DNA of 63,720 bases, filler included, from Octopus bimaculoides (GCF_001194135.2; 7 parts of 5 records of this genome joined end to end with filler, not necessarily neighbours in it); one strand, 5' to 3'. Shown: positions 46,800 to 60,339, numbered from the whole stretch's first letter. Numbers and translations are program-made. The notes: generated from the letters alone by a model not told the origin.

Positions 46800-48480
46800 C
46801 TTAAAAGCAAGACATTTCTTAAATAATCATTCTTTGTGCACCATAGCCCATTCGAGTACAAGGTTATTGGTTGCAGAGATATATCCAGGTGTAGATGGTT
46901 TATTTGGAATTAACTCGATATATCCTTCCAGAAACCTTCTGAATGTTATGAGATATTCTCATGCTTCTTATGTAAATGACATTTGGGCCAGTTGATGTAA
47001 AACTGTATTATGATGTCACGCGAGCATGAATTTTGTAGAGGAGGGATGGCACGGGGACCAAGCTTTGGATGAATTTTAAAGATGATGCCAGCATCATTTG
47101 AGCAATGTTATTGGAATATACTACACACAAGATGTGTCATGTCTATTTTTCTTGTGATCGCTCTCTACTTTGCGTCAAATTTCATATTTCGTTTCATGTA
47201 GGGAAACCACGGCGGGCAACAGCATTCAAGGTGGGGAGAGGTGGAGGTGAAGAAGAGAAGGATAATGCTATGAACTTCTCTAGACCGATAAGTTCTGAGG
47301 ATCTAGGAGCACGACCTGTGGGCTCCTCGACTTTGATGTTTATGTTGGCACTCTAGCTGAAGTTGTCAGCAGTTACATCGAGGTTTCTAACGGTGTTTGA
47401 TGCAACGAGGTTTTCACCCAAGGGAAGAGGTTATGGTAGCTTAAGTGCAGCCTCTTCACCAAAGTAGATTAATTTGAAATTATTCTCGTTTAGCTGCATA
47501 TTGTGTTTTTCCGCCCATGAGATATCAGCGAGCAGATCCGATTGGTGATTAATCAGGTCTCCTGCCCTGTCAACGACCTTCAGAAGCTTAGTCATCCGCG
47601 AAAATTCTAAGTTTACTTGCTGTGTTTGATGACGTCAATGATGTCATTGATGTATATAATGAAAAGATCTGAGTTCAGTTCAGTGTCTGGTGGGACTCCA
47701 CTGCTGACTCTTACCAAGCTTGATATAACACTATCACCACATGCTTGTTTCTGTTTGCCAGAAAACATTCAGTCCACTTTAATAGTTTTCCTTGGACCCC
47801 CGTGCTGGATAGTTTCTTTAATAGAATGCTGTGGCCAACCTAACCGAATGCCTTGCTGAAGTCAAAATAGATGACATCTGCATGGGAGCTCTCTCTCAGA
47901 TCCTTAGGAAGCTATCAAAATGATTACGGGAAACATGTTAGTTGGGAATGAGTAGGCTGTTACTTTTCAGGAAGTGAGTTACTCGAGATCTCACTAATCT
48001 CTCAACTAATTTGATGGTAAGAGAAGTGAGGTCGGTCGACAATTCACTACCGGCGATTTCACATAGGACTGTGACCTCTGTGAAAACCGGGACGATCGAC
48101 TGGGATAGGAAATTGTCGGAAATGTAGTCAGCGTCTAGTGATTTAATCCAGAGAATAGCTAAAGAGAATGCCACTTGGTGTCGGCACTTCTTCAAGGCTC
48201 TAGCAGGGAACCCATCGGGGCCTGCAGCTGAGTTTGTAATTTTGTTTATATCGGCTATAGTATCCTGGACGCCAAATGATATATCGCATAGTGTGTGCTG
48301 GGGGTTTGTTTCACCATTGCTGTCAGGATTAACCATGGTGGGATTGCTGAAAGTGGAGCAACATTACTTCTGTAGTATCTCAACTATGGCTTCTGCACCA
48401 TTATGCAAAGTGTAGTCTTCGTCTATCAGAGGTCCAACAAATAACACAGCGACCTTATGCTTTGGGCGAATATTTACAAA
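46800..48480 (-). mobile_element. CR1/Jockey-group LINE 3' fragment (RT to end), degenerate
   Basis: AAGPDGFPA..LKKC; DVIYFDFSKAF..GHSILLKKL; LRIFADD; terminal IPNKPSTPGY..NNLVLEWA. Confidence 0.85.
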
Positions 48481-48685
48481 GCATGTAAGATAATTTTTTG
48501 TCTCAGTTTTTATTCTTCTTCTTCTTAATTAATAACCGCGCTTGTTGTATTGTCAGTTGAAAAAGTCGAAAACACAGAAACCGATACTAACCGTTACAAA
48601 ATGTATTTCGTGATAATATTATTTTAGCATTTTCTACCTTGTCTTATTTTGCTTACACATGTCAACTCATGTGTCACTTTTGAAC

Positions 48686-48751
<66 letters not shown>

Positions 48752-48944
48752 NNNNNNNNNNNNNNNNNNNNNNNNNNNNNNNNNNNNNNNNNNNNNNNNN
48801 NNNNNNNNNNNNNNNNNNNNNNNNNNNNNNNNNNNNNNNNNNNNNNNNNNNNNNNNNNNNNNNNNNNNNNNNNNNNNNNNNNNNNNNNNNNNNNNNNNNN
48901 NNNNNNNNNNNNNNNNNNNNNNNNNNNNNNNNNNNNNNNNNNNN

Positions 48945-48976
<32 letters not shown>

Positions 48977-49362
48977 GTACGCACACGCACACACACACAC
49001 ACACATATGTATATATATATGTGAGTGTGTGTGTGTGTGTGTAAGCGTAATACACATACACGCAATCATATATTATTTGTATGGAGTGTGAGAGAGAAAA
49101 AGATTGGAGACCGAGAAATAGACAAAGACGGCATAATTGACACTCAGCGTTACAAAGTGTTCATGCATCTTGGCAGAAAGGACTTCATTACTTCAGATTT
49201 ATTCGACAGCCATCAATTCCACTCCCATAGCACCTGGTCTGTAATAGACGTAATATTTTGTGTGGTTCAACACTGCCATATACAGCTCAGGAGCGTGTTT
49301 ACCGCAGTCAAATGCCTTGCAACATTTTGCATCAAGTTATAGGGCTAGTTATCTCACCATGG

Positions 49363-49590
49363 GTGAAGACGCATAGCTTAGTGGTTAGGATATTCGACTT
49401 ACCATCGTAAGGTTGTGAGTTCAATTCCTGGCGACGCACTGTGTCCTTGAGCAACACACTTTCTTTCACGTTGCTCAAGTCCACTCAACTGACAAAATTA
49501 AGTAGTACCTGTTACTTTTACGAGCAGGCTGTTATGTTGATCGGATCAACCAGAATCTTTGTCGGCGTAACCGGCAGAGTGCCAGTTTTA
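49363..49590 (+). mobile_element. tRNA/CORE-like SINE (family C)
   Basis: gcttagtggttagg...gagttcaattcc...tgtgtccttgagcaacacactt; tail cgagcaggctgtt..gttgatcggatcaac shared with family O. Confidence 0.65.
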
Positions 49591-49811
49591 TTCTCATATT
49601 GAAAGACTTGACTAGAAGTGGCATTCTTCTCTTGAGTAAGCCATTAAAACAGACATGAAATAACACACGTACACAATCCAATTCCAAACAGTTTCCGTCT
49701 ACTTCCCGGAAGCCATTGGTCAATATACGTTGTAAGATCTACTGGGCGAATGCGCATCGTAATCGTTTCGAAACCGAAGCCATTTCATTGCGAATCGAAC
49801 TTTGCCATGTA

Positions 49812-50223
49812 ATCTTTTACTCTTTTACTCATTTACTTGTTTCAGTCATTTGACTGTGGCCATGCTGAAACACCGCCTTTAGTCGAGCAAATCGACGCCA
49901 GGATTTATTCTGTGTAAGCCTAGTACTTATTCTATCGGTCTCTTTGTCCGAACTGCTAAGTTACGGGGACGTAAACACACCATCATCGGTTGTCAATCGA
50001 TGTTGGGGAGACTAAAACACACACACACACACATACACACACACACACATACACACACACACACATACATATACATATATACGACGGGATTCTTTCAGTT
50101 TCCGTCTACCAAATCCACTCACAAGGCATTGTAGAAGACACTTGCACAAGGTGCCACGCAGTGGGACTGAACCCAGAACCATGTGGTTTGTAAGCAAGCT
50201 ACTTACCACACAGCCACTCCTAC
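49812..50223 (-). mobile_element. Family M bipartite SINE, full length
   Basis: Head aggagtggctgtgtggtaagtagc...ggttcagtcccactgcg, internal (TG/TA)n, tail gactgaaacaagtaaa. Confidence 0.9.
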
Positions 50224-50269
50224 GCTAATATTTCCCATAGATTTCATATTACAGCACAAAGTCAGCAAT

Positions 50270-50440
50270 TTCGAGGAACAAAGGTAAGATGATTACATCA
50301 ATCTCATCGTTCGGCTCGTACATATTTTAACGGCCTGCCGAAAGATAAAGGTGACCTCGACGGATTTTGAAGTCAGAAAGTAAAGACGGACGAAATGCTG
50401 CTAAACAATTTGCCCGGCGTGGTAACGATTTCTGCCTGCT
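50270..50440 (-). mobile_element. Diverged family A SINE
   Basis: aaaggtgacctcgacggattttgaagtcagaa...ttgcccggcgtggtaacgatttctgcc. Confidence 0.55.
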
Positions 50441-50809
50441 CACAGTCTCATGTACATATTTCAAATTAGCTGTTTCTATAATTCGTATTCTCTCTGTTTA
50501 TAAACGATTATTCATAATGTTGAATATAAAAATGATAGTTTGAAAGATTTATTTTTGTCAAACTAAAGTCAGCCATTGAAGAAACAACTCTTAAGATACT
50601 TATCATGTTTAGAATAAACGATGGTAGAACATTTAAGGAGATGGTTCTCATTAAAATAGATATATCTCAGTGAATCTATGAAATACCACAGCAATAATTC
50701 AAGATATATTCTGTATAAAACCCGAGTTTCATTCAGGACTTATAATAAAAAAATATTTGTAAAACCATAAATGCACGAAAATATGTAAATTTTTATTTAC
50801 GCAATGTTC

Positions 50810-50876
<67 letters not shown>

Positions 50877-51537
50877 TTAAATTTTACTGAAACTAATAAT
50901 TCTTTCGTCAGTGGATTGTTGCCATGCGGTAGCATGTTCATCAAAAGGATTTAGCCAGCTATATCGACCTTCATATAAAAGTCGAGGTCGACATCGAAGG
51001 CAAAACAACCGGGTGGAAACATAATAAAATAAATCTGATCATAATACGGAAATGCTCTCTCGTTCATAGCAAAAATTCTGTCAACGACGTTGTCACACAT
51101 ACATACACGCCCGCACGCGTACACACACAAACACAGACACAGATACAGACACACACACACTGAGAGGAACACCTTCACTTCTATATGTGTGTATATATAT
51201 ATATATATAACAAGCAAAGTAACTAGTTCTAAAATCTTTATAAGAGATGCAAGTAGTAACTTTACTGAAAAGCAATATTTGTTGTCGCTTCAACATGACT
51301 GTTCTGTACAGAACGTTGTTACTGCTCTTTTTTAACACCAGCTGGTTAACAACAGAAACTGTGTCCGAAATATTGCGAGCAGGGCAGTGAACCCCTTACC
51401 AACTAGTGGTGTCCTCAGTATTGGACACCTGTTTCCCAGACATTGCAGACTTTCGCCCTTGATTCTAGGGCGAAATACAGACTAATTACCAAATCCATCT
51501 TCTGTTTACTTAATTAAATATTTCTATTATCATTCAA

Positions 51538-51745
51538 GGCGGCGAGCTGGCAGGTTCGTTAGCACGTCGGGTGAACTGCTTAGTGGTATTTCACCCGTTG
51601 CTACGTCTGAGTTCAAATGCCACCGAGGTCGATTTTGCATTTAATCCTTTCAGGGTCGAAAAATAAGTTGAACACTGTGGTCCATGTAATCGACTCATCC
51701 CCGTCTCCACCAAGCTGCCCTTATGGTAAACATTTGAAATAATGA
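51538..51745 (+). mobile_element. Family A SINE
   Basis: ggcggcgagctggcagg..cgttagcacg...gagttcaaatgcc.ccgaggtcg...ttgaaata. Confidence 0.8.
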
Positions 51746-51937
51746 TTATTATTAATATTTTTAGTATTATATAGATAGACAGATAGACATTCCCGGTCTA
51801 TGGTGTTAGCCTGGATTTGACGTCCACAAAATGCTGAGCTTTACAACGTTCCTTCAGACCCTATCCCCGGAATAGATCGGAAACCCAGGGTAATTCCGTA
51901 GACCAGACACATCTATCTTTATCTATATATTCTACTG

Positions 51938-51983
<46 letters not shown>

Positions 51984-52215
51984 AGATAGATAGATAGATA
52001 GATAAAACTTATTTGGAAAAAGATTGGTGGCGCTCGATCATATAATAATATAAATATTATATAAATATATGCATATAAACATAAAATAGATGCGGACAAA
52101 TATCCGTGAAACGTAAATAATGTAAATAATGTACATGATTCCTCATCTTAAATATAGACCTGTAATATATATATATGTGTGTGTATTTGCGCGCACGTGC
52201 ACATGTGTGTGTGTA

Positions 52216-52272
<57 letters not shown>

Positions 52273-53198
52273 NNNNNNNNNNNNNNNNNNNNNNNNNNNN
52301 NNNNNNNNNNNNNNNNNNNNNNNNNNNNNNNNNNNNNNNNNNNNNNNNNNNNNNNNNNNNNNNNNNNNNNNNNNNNNNNNNNNNNNNNNNNNNNNNNNNN
52401 NNNNNNNNNNNNNNNNNNNNNNNNNNNNNNNNNNNNNNNNNNNNNNNNNNNNNNNNNNNNNNNNNNNNNNNNNNNNNNNNNNNNNNNNNNNNNNNNNNNN
52501 NNNNNNNNNNNNNNNNNNNNNNNNNNNNNNNNNNNNNNNNNNNNNNNNNNNNNNNNNNNNNNNNNNNNNNNNNNNNNNNNNNNNNNNNNNNNNNNNNNNN
52601 NNNNNNNNNNNNNNNNNNNNNNNNNNNNNNNNNNNNNNNNNNNNNNNNNNNNNNNNNNNNNNNNNNNNNNNNNNNNNNNNNNNNNNNNNNNNNNNNNNNN
52701 NNNNNNNNNNNNNNNNNNNNNNNNNNNNNNNNNNNNNNNNNNNNNNNNNNNNNNNNNNNNNNNNNNNNNNNNNNNNNNNNNNNNNNNNNNNNNNNNNNNN
52801 NNNNNNNNNNNNNNNNNNNNNNNNNNNNNNNNNNNNNNNNNNNNNNNNNNNNNNNNNNNNNNNNNNNNNNNNNNNNNNNNNNNNNNNNNNNNNNNNNNNN
52901 NNNNNNNNNNNNNNNNNNNNNNNNNNNNNNNNNNNNNNNNNNNNNNNNNNNNNNNNNNNNNNNNNNNNNNNNNNNNNNNNNNNNNNNNNNNNNNNNNNNN
53001 NNNNNNNNNNNNNNNNNNNNNNNNNNNNNNNNNNNNNNNNNNNNNNNNNNNNNNNNNNNNNNNNNNNNNNNNNNNNNNNNNNNNNNNNNNNNNNNNNNNN
53101 NNNNNNNNNNNNNNNNNNNNNNNNNNNNNNNNNNNNNNNNNNNNNNNNNNNNNNNNNNNNNNNNNNNNNNNNNNNNNNNNNNNNNNNNNNNNNNNNNA

Positions 53199-53790
53199 TC
53201 ACAGATTAAATTTGTATAAGCAAATTAAATCTAGCCATGGAGGAATGTAGTGGCGGACAAAAAACAAGACAGGAAAACAAAGAGAAAGGGCTTTACGGCC
53301 AGACGAGAAAAATGTGTGTAAGAACGCGTTGAGGCACGAAACCGAGAGAGACAAAGTGGTAGCGTGCGTTGCTTGGCGAAAGCCAAGGAAGGAAAGGGTT
53401 ATTGACCGGAAGCATGTGACCATGCCGGTGTAAAGGGAAGAGAGAGTGGTAGAGGGAGAAACAGAGGGAGGAAGTAGAAGAATAGGTGAGCAACGAGAGG
53501 AAAGGAGAAAGAGAGGAAATACGAGGGGGAAAAGGAGGTACGTAGTAGTAACAGGGGAAGAACAAGAGGGGTGAAGCGAGATACGTAGTAGTACAGAGGA
53601 AGAACGAGGGGGGGGAGGAAGGAGAAAGAGAAAGAGATAGAGTAGCGTCGGAGGATAAGTTTACGAAAACTACTTACAATTTTGTAAAAACAAAAATAAA
53701 TGAGTATATGCATATATACGTACAGGTATGTGCATACCGACATCCACCTGTATGTATAGGTGCATATCTGGGTACAGGACATTGCAATAC
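53199..53790. repeat. Purine-rich ~0.6-0.8 kb interspersed repeat, copy A
   Basis: Collinear with 56556-57370; ~70 nt identical near 53711-53786. Confidence 0.9.
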
Positions 53791-54929
53791 ACAGGAAAAT
53801 GTATAAATATATATATACGCACACACACATATATGCATATTTATATTCACACATGGACCTATACGAATGCAATTAGTGCGGCTATCTCTATATAATTACA
53901 TCTTTCATAATCTCTATTTCTTTTCAGTCATCTTGGTATGCGTGTATAATTCGTGGATTTCTTGTATATTTTCTGATGAATAATTCTGTGCGGTAAACTT
54001 AATATCCAGATAACTTGATATTAAAAACGGCAAGTATTCTGATAGAAAAGAAAGTGAAACTTTTTGGCTTTAGAATTTTCTCTAGTCATCATTTAATTCA
54101 TACTGAAAAGGGAAAAAACATACTGTATTGGTAGATTAAATAGTTTCTCAGATATCCAATGTGAAAATTTATGCCATATGATCAATCAATGGAACAAAAC
54201 CAAAGCAGGTCAGCTCCTACTAATTTGATAGCTGTGCAACATACATAAAACAAATGATGGTAGACATGCAAGCGTACTTTCATGTCTATCTAATTTGGCA
54301 CGATGTTCCAGTATATCTGAGAAAGCATTTTTCAATCTGAGGTTATGCAAGAAGACCTTTCGAGGAAAAAGATGAATAGATAACTGAAGTGAAATGTCTT
54401 GAAATCAAGAAAGGAAATTGTTTCCAGATAACAGCACGCTACATTCTTATTTCACATCCCATGGCACAGATCATAAAAGATTGAAATATTGCTTTCTAAT
54501 TTGGGTACAAGCCCAGCAATTTCGGGGCAGGGGATAAGTCAATTACATCGACCCTCAATGATCAGTCGGTACTCATTTTACCGACCCCGAAAGAATGAAG
54601 GACAAAGTTGATCTGGCCGGATATTGTACAAGTCTCTTCAACCATAGCTCATTGGCGACCATACCGTGGTAATTGAATCTGCTTGACGGAAACTGAAAGA
54701 AGCTTGCCGAGTNNNNNNNNNNNNNNNNNNNNNNNNNNNNNNNNNNNNNNNNNNNNNNNNNNNNNNNNNNNNNNNNNNNNNNNNNNNNNNNNNNNNNNNN
54801 NNNNNNNNNNNNNNNNNTGAATACATTGTCCTCTAAATTACACAAAAATGAAAATAACACTGGCATCTAATTTTATCAAATGTATTTACCAAAATTACAT
54901 AGAAATATCTTGAAATAATAAAGACCAAA

Positions 54930-55110
54930 TTTATTTACTCTTTAGTAAAGAGTAAATTTATTTCGCCATTGGCTTCAACCACAGCCTCCAGACGGCTTCG
55001 GAACCTCCTGCAACTCTTCTGAGCGGTCTGCTTCATTAAGTTGATGAATGCTGCCATACTTGCTGCCTTCGGGTCATTAAAAACTGCAGTTACCGTGGAG
55101 ACGAATCTCT
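54930..55110 (-). mobile_element. Tc1/mariner (maT/DD37D-like) transposase C-terminal fragment
   Basis: KAASMAAFINLMKQTAQKSCRRFRSRLEAVVEANG. Confidence 0.55.
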
Positions 55111-55319
55111 CTTATGATAAAATGATATGAAAAGACATAGTCCGTTCAGTGTCGGTCTCTGCTCCGAATACCAGACATCAATTTTTCAAGTTTTTTGATG
55201 AAACTGAACGAACTGGGTGTTTTCACATGTTTTTACCACGCTAACTGCTGTGTATTTGCATTTTAACAGTTGAAATATGTGAGAAACGTATTTCAACTAA
55301 CCTGATATCTGCTCATAAC

Positions 55320-56310
55320 ATAAATCGGATGGCAGTTTACTGCAAGAGATTTGTTTCCCTTTTTGAAGATTGGCACGACAGACTGGGAAAGAAAATTATC
55401 AGTAATATAGCCTGCATCAAGTGAATTGAATTTTTCTAGAGGTAAGCTAGAGAGGGTGCAATTTGATGTCGACACATCTTCAGGACAGCTGAGAACTTAT
55501 CGGGACCCACTGCCGAGTTGTGCTTGATCTTATGTATTACTGTTAGGATATCAGGAGCACCAAAAGTTATGTCAGATATGGTTAGTTAAGGGTTTACATC
55601 AGTGATACTATCAGATCAACCGCATTAGCGTTACTGAAAACAGAGCAGTATTGTCGCTGCAGTATCTCGCACATGGATTTTGCATCATCATGTAGAGTAT
55701 TGTTCTCATCAACTAGAAGACCAACGGTGGAAACAATGTCTTTATGTTGTATTGCAAATGAATAAAATACTTTGGGATGGAGTTTTATTTTCTCAATGGC
55801 CCAACTCTCCTTAACTGCTCTTTGTCCATTAACGATGGTCATCATTCTTTTTTGGAGGTTGTGTTTTTTCTATTCGAGTGATGCAATGGCAGTCGAATGG
55901 ATGCGTTGCTGCTGGCAGTATTTAAGGTGGTTGAATTTCTTGTTAATTCTTTTTATTCTTTTGATGATTGCTCTTCTATTTCTAGGCACTCTGCACTTAG
56001 ATTTGTATACTGATCTTAATGGAGAATGTTTTACACATATATTTGTTACAGTATCTACAAATGTTTGCCATGACGTGTTTCTGTCGGTGGGGGCCTGTGC
56101 GTGCGTGAAGGGCCAATCAACTTGTGAAAGATCATGATTGATCGCATCGCAGTCTGCGTTATGAAGATCTAAACAAAACAAAACAACATCCACTTTGCGA
56201 TTTATATATAAGGCAGAAGAAATTTTCTGTGTAGTACATCTTGAAGAGCTCGATTGAACGAACGAAAGCTCTAATAAAGCATTATCAAAAATTCTGACTG
56301 CCACTTTCTT
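55320..56310 (-). mobile_element. CR1/Jockey-group LINE internal fragment
   Basis: NADCDAINHDLSQVDW..SWQTF; IKLHPKVFYSFA; EILQRQYCSVFSN; SAVGPDKF; VVPIFKKGNKS; homologous to 47.9-48.5 kb. Confidence 0.8.
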
Positions 56311-56455
56311 AATATACATGCATACATGCATACATACATGCATACATACATACATACATATATAGTCTGTTACAGTCTGTCACACGTAGGCCATGATGAA
56401 TACCACAAGGTATGAAAATACGTATTCGCCTTTATATATTTGATTCTTTATATTG

Positions 56456-56555
56456 NNNNNNNNNNNNNNNNNNNNNNNNNNNNNNNNNNNNNNNNNNNNT
56501 TAATTAATTAANNNNNNNNNNNNNNNNNNNNNNNNNNNNNNNNNNNNNNNNNNNN
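56456..56555. other. Artificial 100-bp scaffolding linker
   Basis: N44-TTAATTAATTAA(56500-56511)-N44. Confidence 0.95.
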
Positions 56556-57370
56556 ACACAAATTAAATCTTGCCATGGAGGAATGTAGTGGCGGACAAAA
56601 AACAAGACAGGAAAGCAAGCAGAAAAGGCTTTACGGCCAGACGAGAAAAATTATGTGTGTATGAACGCTGTGAGGCACGAACTTGAAAGTAGGGACGAAG
56701 TAGTTCGCGTGTTTGCTCGGCGATAGCCAAGGAAGAAAAGGATTAATGACCGGAAGCATGTGACCATGCCGGTGTAAGGGGAGGAGAGAGAGTGGTAGAG
56801 GGAGAAACAAAGGGAGAAAGTATAGGTGAAACAAAGGGAGAAGAATAGGTGAGCAACGAGAGGAAAAGAGGAAAAGAGGAAGTATGAGGGGGAAAAAGGG
56901 ATACGTAGTAGTAACAGAGGAAGAACGAGTGGGGTAAAGCGAGATACATAGTAGTAAAGAGGAAGAACGAGAGGGGGAACATGATAGAGGAAGAGAAAGA
57001 GAAAGAGATAGAGTTGCGTCGGAAAATATAAAGTTACGATAACTACTTACAAATTGGTGACGCTGCGTCCAGTCATGTAAAAACAAATAGTAAATGAGTA
57101 TATGCATATATACGTACAGGTATGTGCATACCGACATCCACCTGTATGTATAGGTGCATATCTGGGTACAGGACATTGCAAACAAAACGTAGACGAGAAA
57201 ACACACAAGCCACATAGAGAACATTCTTCCTCATCAGCTACCCCCGTTTTAACACCGGCGTTTCGAAGAGCTGGGCAGGACGCATCGTTAAAACGGCTCT
57301 TCCTATGGACCGCAAATTAAATTTGTATACACAAATTAAATCTTGCCATGGAGGAATGTAGAGGCGGACA
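56556..57370. repeat. Purine-rich interspersed repeat, copy B, with ~41-bp terminal redundancy
   Basis: cacaaattaaatcttgccatggaggaatgtag(t/a)ggcggaca at ~56557 and again at ~57330 (period ~773 bp). Confidence 0.9.
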
Positions 57371-57372
57371 TA

Positions 57373-57558
57373 TAGGTGTGGCTGTGTGCTAAGTAGCTTG
57401 CATACTAACCACATGGTTCCGGGTTCAGTCTCACTGCGTGGTACCTCGGGCAAATGTCTTCTACTATAGCTTCGGGCCAACCAAAGCCTTGTGAGTGAAT
57501 TTGGTAGACAGAAACTGAAAGAATCCCGTCGTATATATATNNNNNNNNNNNNNNNNNN

Positions 57559-57601
<43 letters not shown>

Positions 57602-57807
57602 ATGTATGTGTGTCTGTATTTGTCTCCCGCCATCGCTTGACAATCGATATTGGTGTGTTTATGTCTTCTTAACTTAACAGTTCGGCAAAAGAGAGCGATA
57701 GGATAAGTACTAGGCTTACAAAGAACAAGCCCTGGGGTCGATTTGTTCGGCTAAAGGCGCTGCTCTAGCATGGCCACAGTCAAATGACTGAAACAAATAA
57801 AAGAATG
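57373..57807 (+). mobile_element. Family M bipartite SINE, full length
   Basis: Same head/microsatellite/tail layout as 49812-50223. Confidence 0.9.
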
Positions 57808-58037
57808 AATATATATACATATACATATATATATGTCTATCTTATTAACTTCTTGGAGATTTTAGGCATAATTATACTAATTTGGCCACCTGTTCTAATT
57901 TAATTAAATTCTATGTCTTTGTACAGCTGAGGATTGTTCTGCATTCTAAAATGATGTAATGATTATATTGTTCAATTAAATGGAGTTGCATGAAACGATC
58001 GTACTGCATTACCTCTGGATATCCTTGTTGCTTATTT

Positions 58038-58082
<45 letters not shown>

Positions 58083-59335
58083 CAAATGAATAATAGCAGA
58101 CGATGGATAATTGTCATCTCATTACAGCTGTTTCTTACGTAACTTTTTAATAGAAGAATGATAACATTACTTCATTGCCGAGAAACCATAATCATCAAAT
58201 GAAAAGTAATTTTACAAGCAAAGGAACATCCCAAGAATACAACAGGGACGTGGCTAAAGTCTGTGGAGGTTAACTATAAAATGGGAGAATGACCAACAAA
58301 ATTGACCATTGTGGGCATTAGGGTGTGGGTTATGTTAACAATATTTTGTGAAATGGTGTAATATGATATTGAAGGTCAGCGATACGGGTGAGATAGGAGT
58401 CTTTTAGACTGGTTCTTTGATATCTTGTATATTTTCTGATTCCAAGGCGCCTGGTGATATAGTAGAAGGCACTTGCCCTAGATGCTGCGTAATAGGAGCG
58501 AACCCGAAATCACGAGATTGCAATGCGAACTTCTTAACACCTAGCAATGTACTAATGCATATACATTATTGTATTCTTTTCTGTTAATATTTTATTGATT
58601 TCAATCCTCGGACTACAAGCATCCCTTGCGTGCCTTTTAAGGTTTCAGTCGATTATATTGTCCTCGATACTTTAGATAGTTCTTATTTTATCGATCTCGT
58701 AAGAAACGAAAGGGAAGTCGTTTGTGAAGTGAAAAGAGGAATAACTCGTTCGGAACTAAATGCTGCAAAGAAATTTCCTTCACCGCACCATTTCGCCTCG
58801 GCATTAAATCTTTACGGAAACGGAATTTCTACACGAGAATATTATTGCAGTACAAAGGTAGCACTTACCTGAGTTACCTGAATTTTGGACTCCCGACAGG
58901 AAGTATAGGAGTTCCGTGTATTTATTCATCGTTCCGTTTGGTGACACACCAATGGTTAACATTTTATTTAGGAATAAAGAATGAACTTGATCAACGACTT
59001 AAAACGTTCTTAGATCCCCACATACAACAAACTGGATAAGCTTTTGGCCACACATAAACCTTCAACGGCTTTCACCTTTCTCTACTTGATAAAGCACGTA
59101 AATTTCACACTATCCGTACCGAAAATTTTCAGTTTTACAAGACAAATATTATTTATCATCATGTATGTGGCATAGACCCAGCCTACGGCTACATGCCTCT
59201 ATGGGCACATGATGTGCTTGAAAAGAAAGGAAAAAAGAGCTAAAAGAAAATCTTATGGGAGAATATAACTCTATTAATAGTTGTAGCTGTTTGTGTGCTG
59301 CTTAAATGTATGAAAATATTTATGATAAATATTGC

Positions 59336-59546
59336 TTTCAAATTTTAGCTGAAGCCCAGGAATTTCTATGAAAGAGTTAAGTCGATTACATCGACCCCAG
59401 TTTTCTACTGGTACTTATTTTATCGACCTCGAAAGGATAAAAAGTAAAGTCGAACCCGGCAGTATTTGACCTTAGAACGTAAAATCGGAAGAAATGCCGC
59501 TAAGCATTTTTTCCATCGCAGTGACGATTCTGCCGGCGCGCCGCCT
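59336..59546 (-). mobile_element. Family A SINE
   Basis: Reverse complement of the 51538 copy. Confidence 0.75.
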
Positions 59547-59560
59547 TAATAAATATTTAT

Positions 59561-59806
59561 TTCTTTATTGCCCACAGGGTGCTAAACATAGAGGGAACAA
59601 ACAAGGACAGACAAGGACAAACAAAGGGATTAAGTCGATTATATCAACCGCAGTATGTAACTGGTATTTATTTAATCAACCCCGAAAGAATGAAAGGCAA
59701 AGTCGACCTCTGCGGAATTTGAACTCAGAACGTAACGGCAGACGAAATACCACTAAGCATGTCGCCCAGCATGCTAAGGTTTCTGTCAGCCCACCGCCCC
59801 CGCCTT
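59561..59806 (-). mobile_element. Family A SINE, long-tail variant
   Basis: Reverse complement of 37937-38166, including the ttattgcccac tail. Confidence 0.85.
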
Positions 59807-59819
59807 AATGAGTATTCTT

Positions 59820-60031
59820 TTCCACTCTAGGCACAAGGCCCGAAATTTTTGTGGGGAGGGGCCAGTCGATTAGATCGACGCGAGTACGCAACTGGTACTT
59901 AATTTATCGACTTCGAAAGGATGAAAGGCAAAGTCGACCTCAGCGGAATTTGAACTCAGAACGTAACGGCAGACGAAATACCGCTAAGCATTTCGCCCGG
60001 CGTGATATCGTTTCTGCCAGCTCGCTGCCTT
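59820..60031 (-). mobile_element. Family A SINE
   Basis: aaggatgaaaggcaaagtcgacctc..ggaatttgaactcagaacgtaacggcagacgaaatacc. Confidence 0.85.
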
Positions 60032-60339
60032 TGGTTGAACAATATTAAGTTAACCGGGACAATGCTGAAAGACAGTGGAAAGCTGTAGGTCAATCATTGA
60101 CAGGGGAATCTAGAAGGAGGGCCTGCAACTCTTGCTATATACTTATGACCTATCAAGGCTCTAAATTTTGATTGGTTGACTATTGTTCAATAAACCAACA
60201 ATCCAGGTATCCTCGTTAAATAAATCAATAGGAATCTAATGTCCCATCGATCCTACAAGGGATCAATAAACGGGTAGTTAACGCACACTTCTGATGAGAA
60301 TAATTCGATTTTTGTTTATAGCACACAATTAATATTGAT

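Noticed and set aside
54935-54958. tttactcttt-tagt-aaagagtaaa hairpin
   Set aside because: 10-bp AT-rich arms are expected by chance here.
53293-57224. Hydrophobic Leu/Pro/Phe-rich ORFs of 79-197 aa in copies A and B
   Set aside because: Reading frames are not conserved between copies; artefact of pyrimidine-rich low complexity.
60291-60312. CTGATGA-GAA(taa)TTC-GA
   Set aside because: Truncated before GAAA is complete; nothing downstream pairs.
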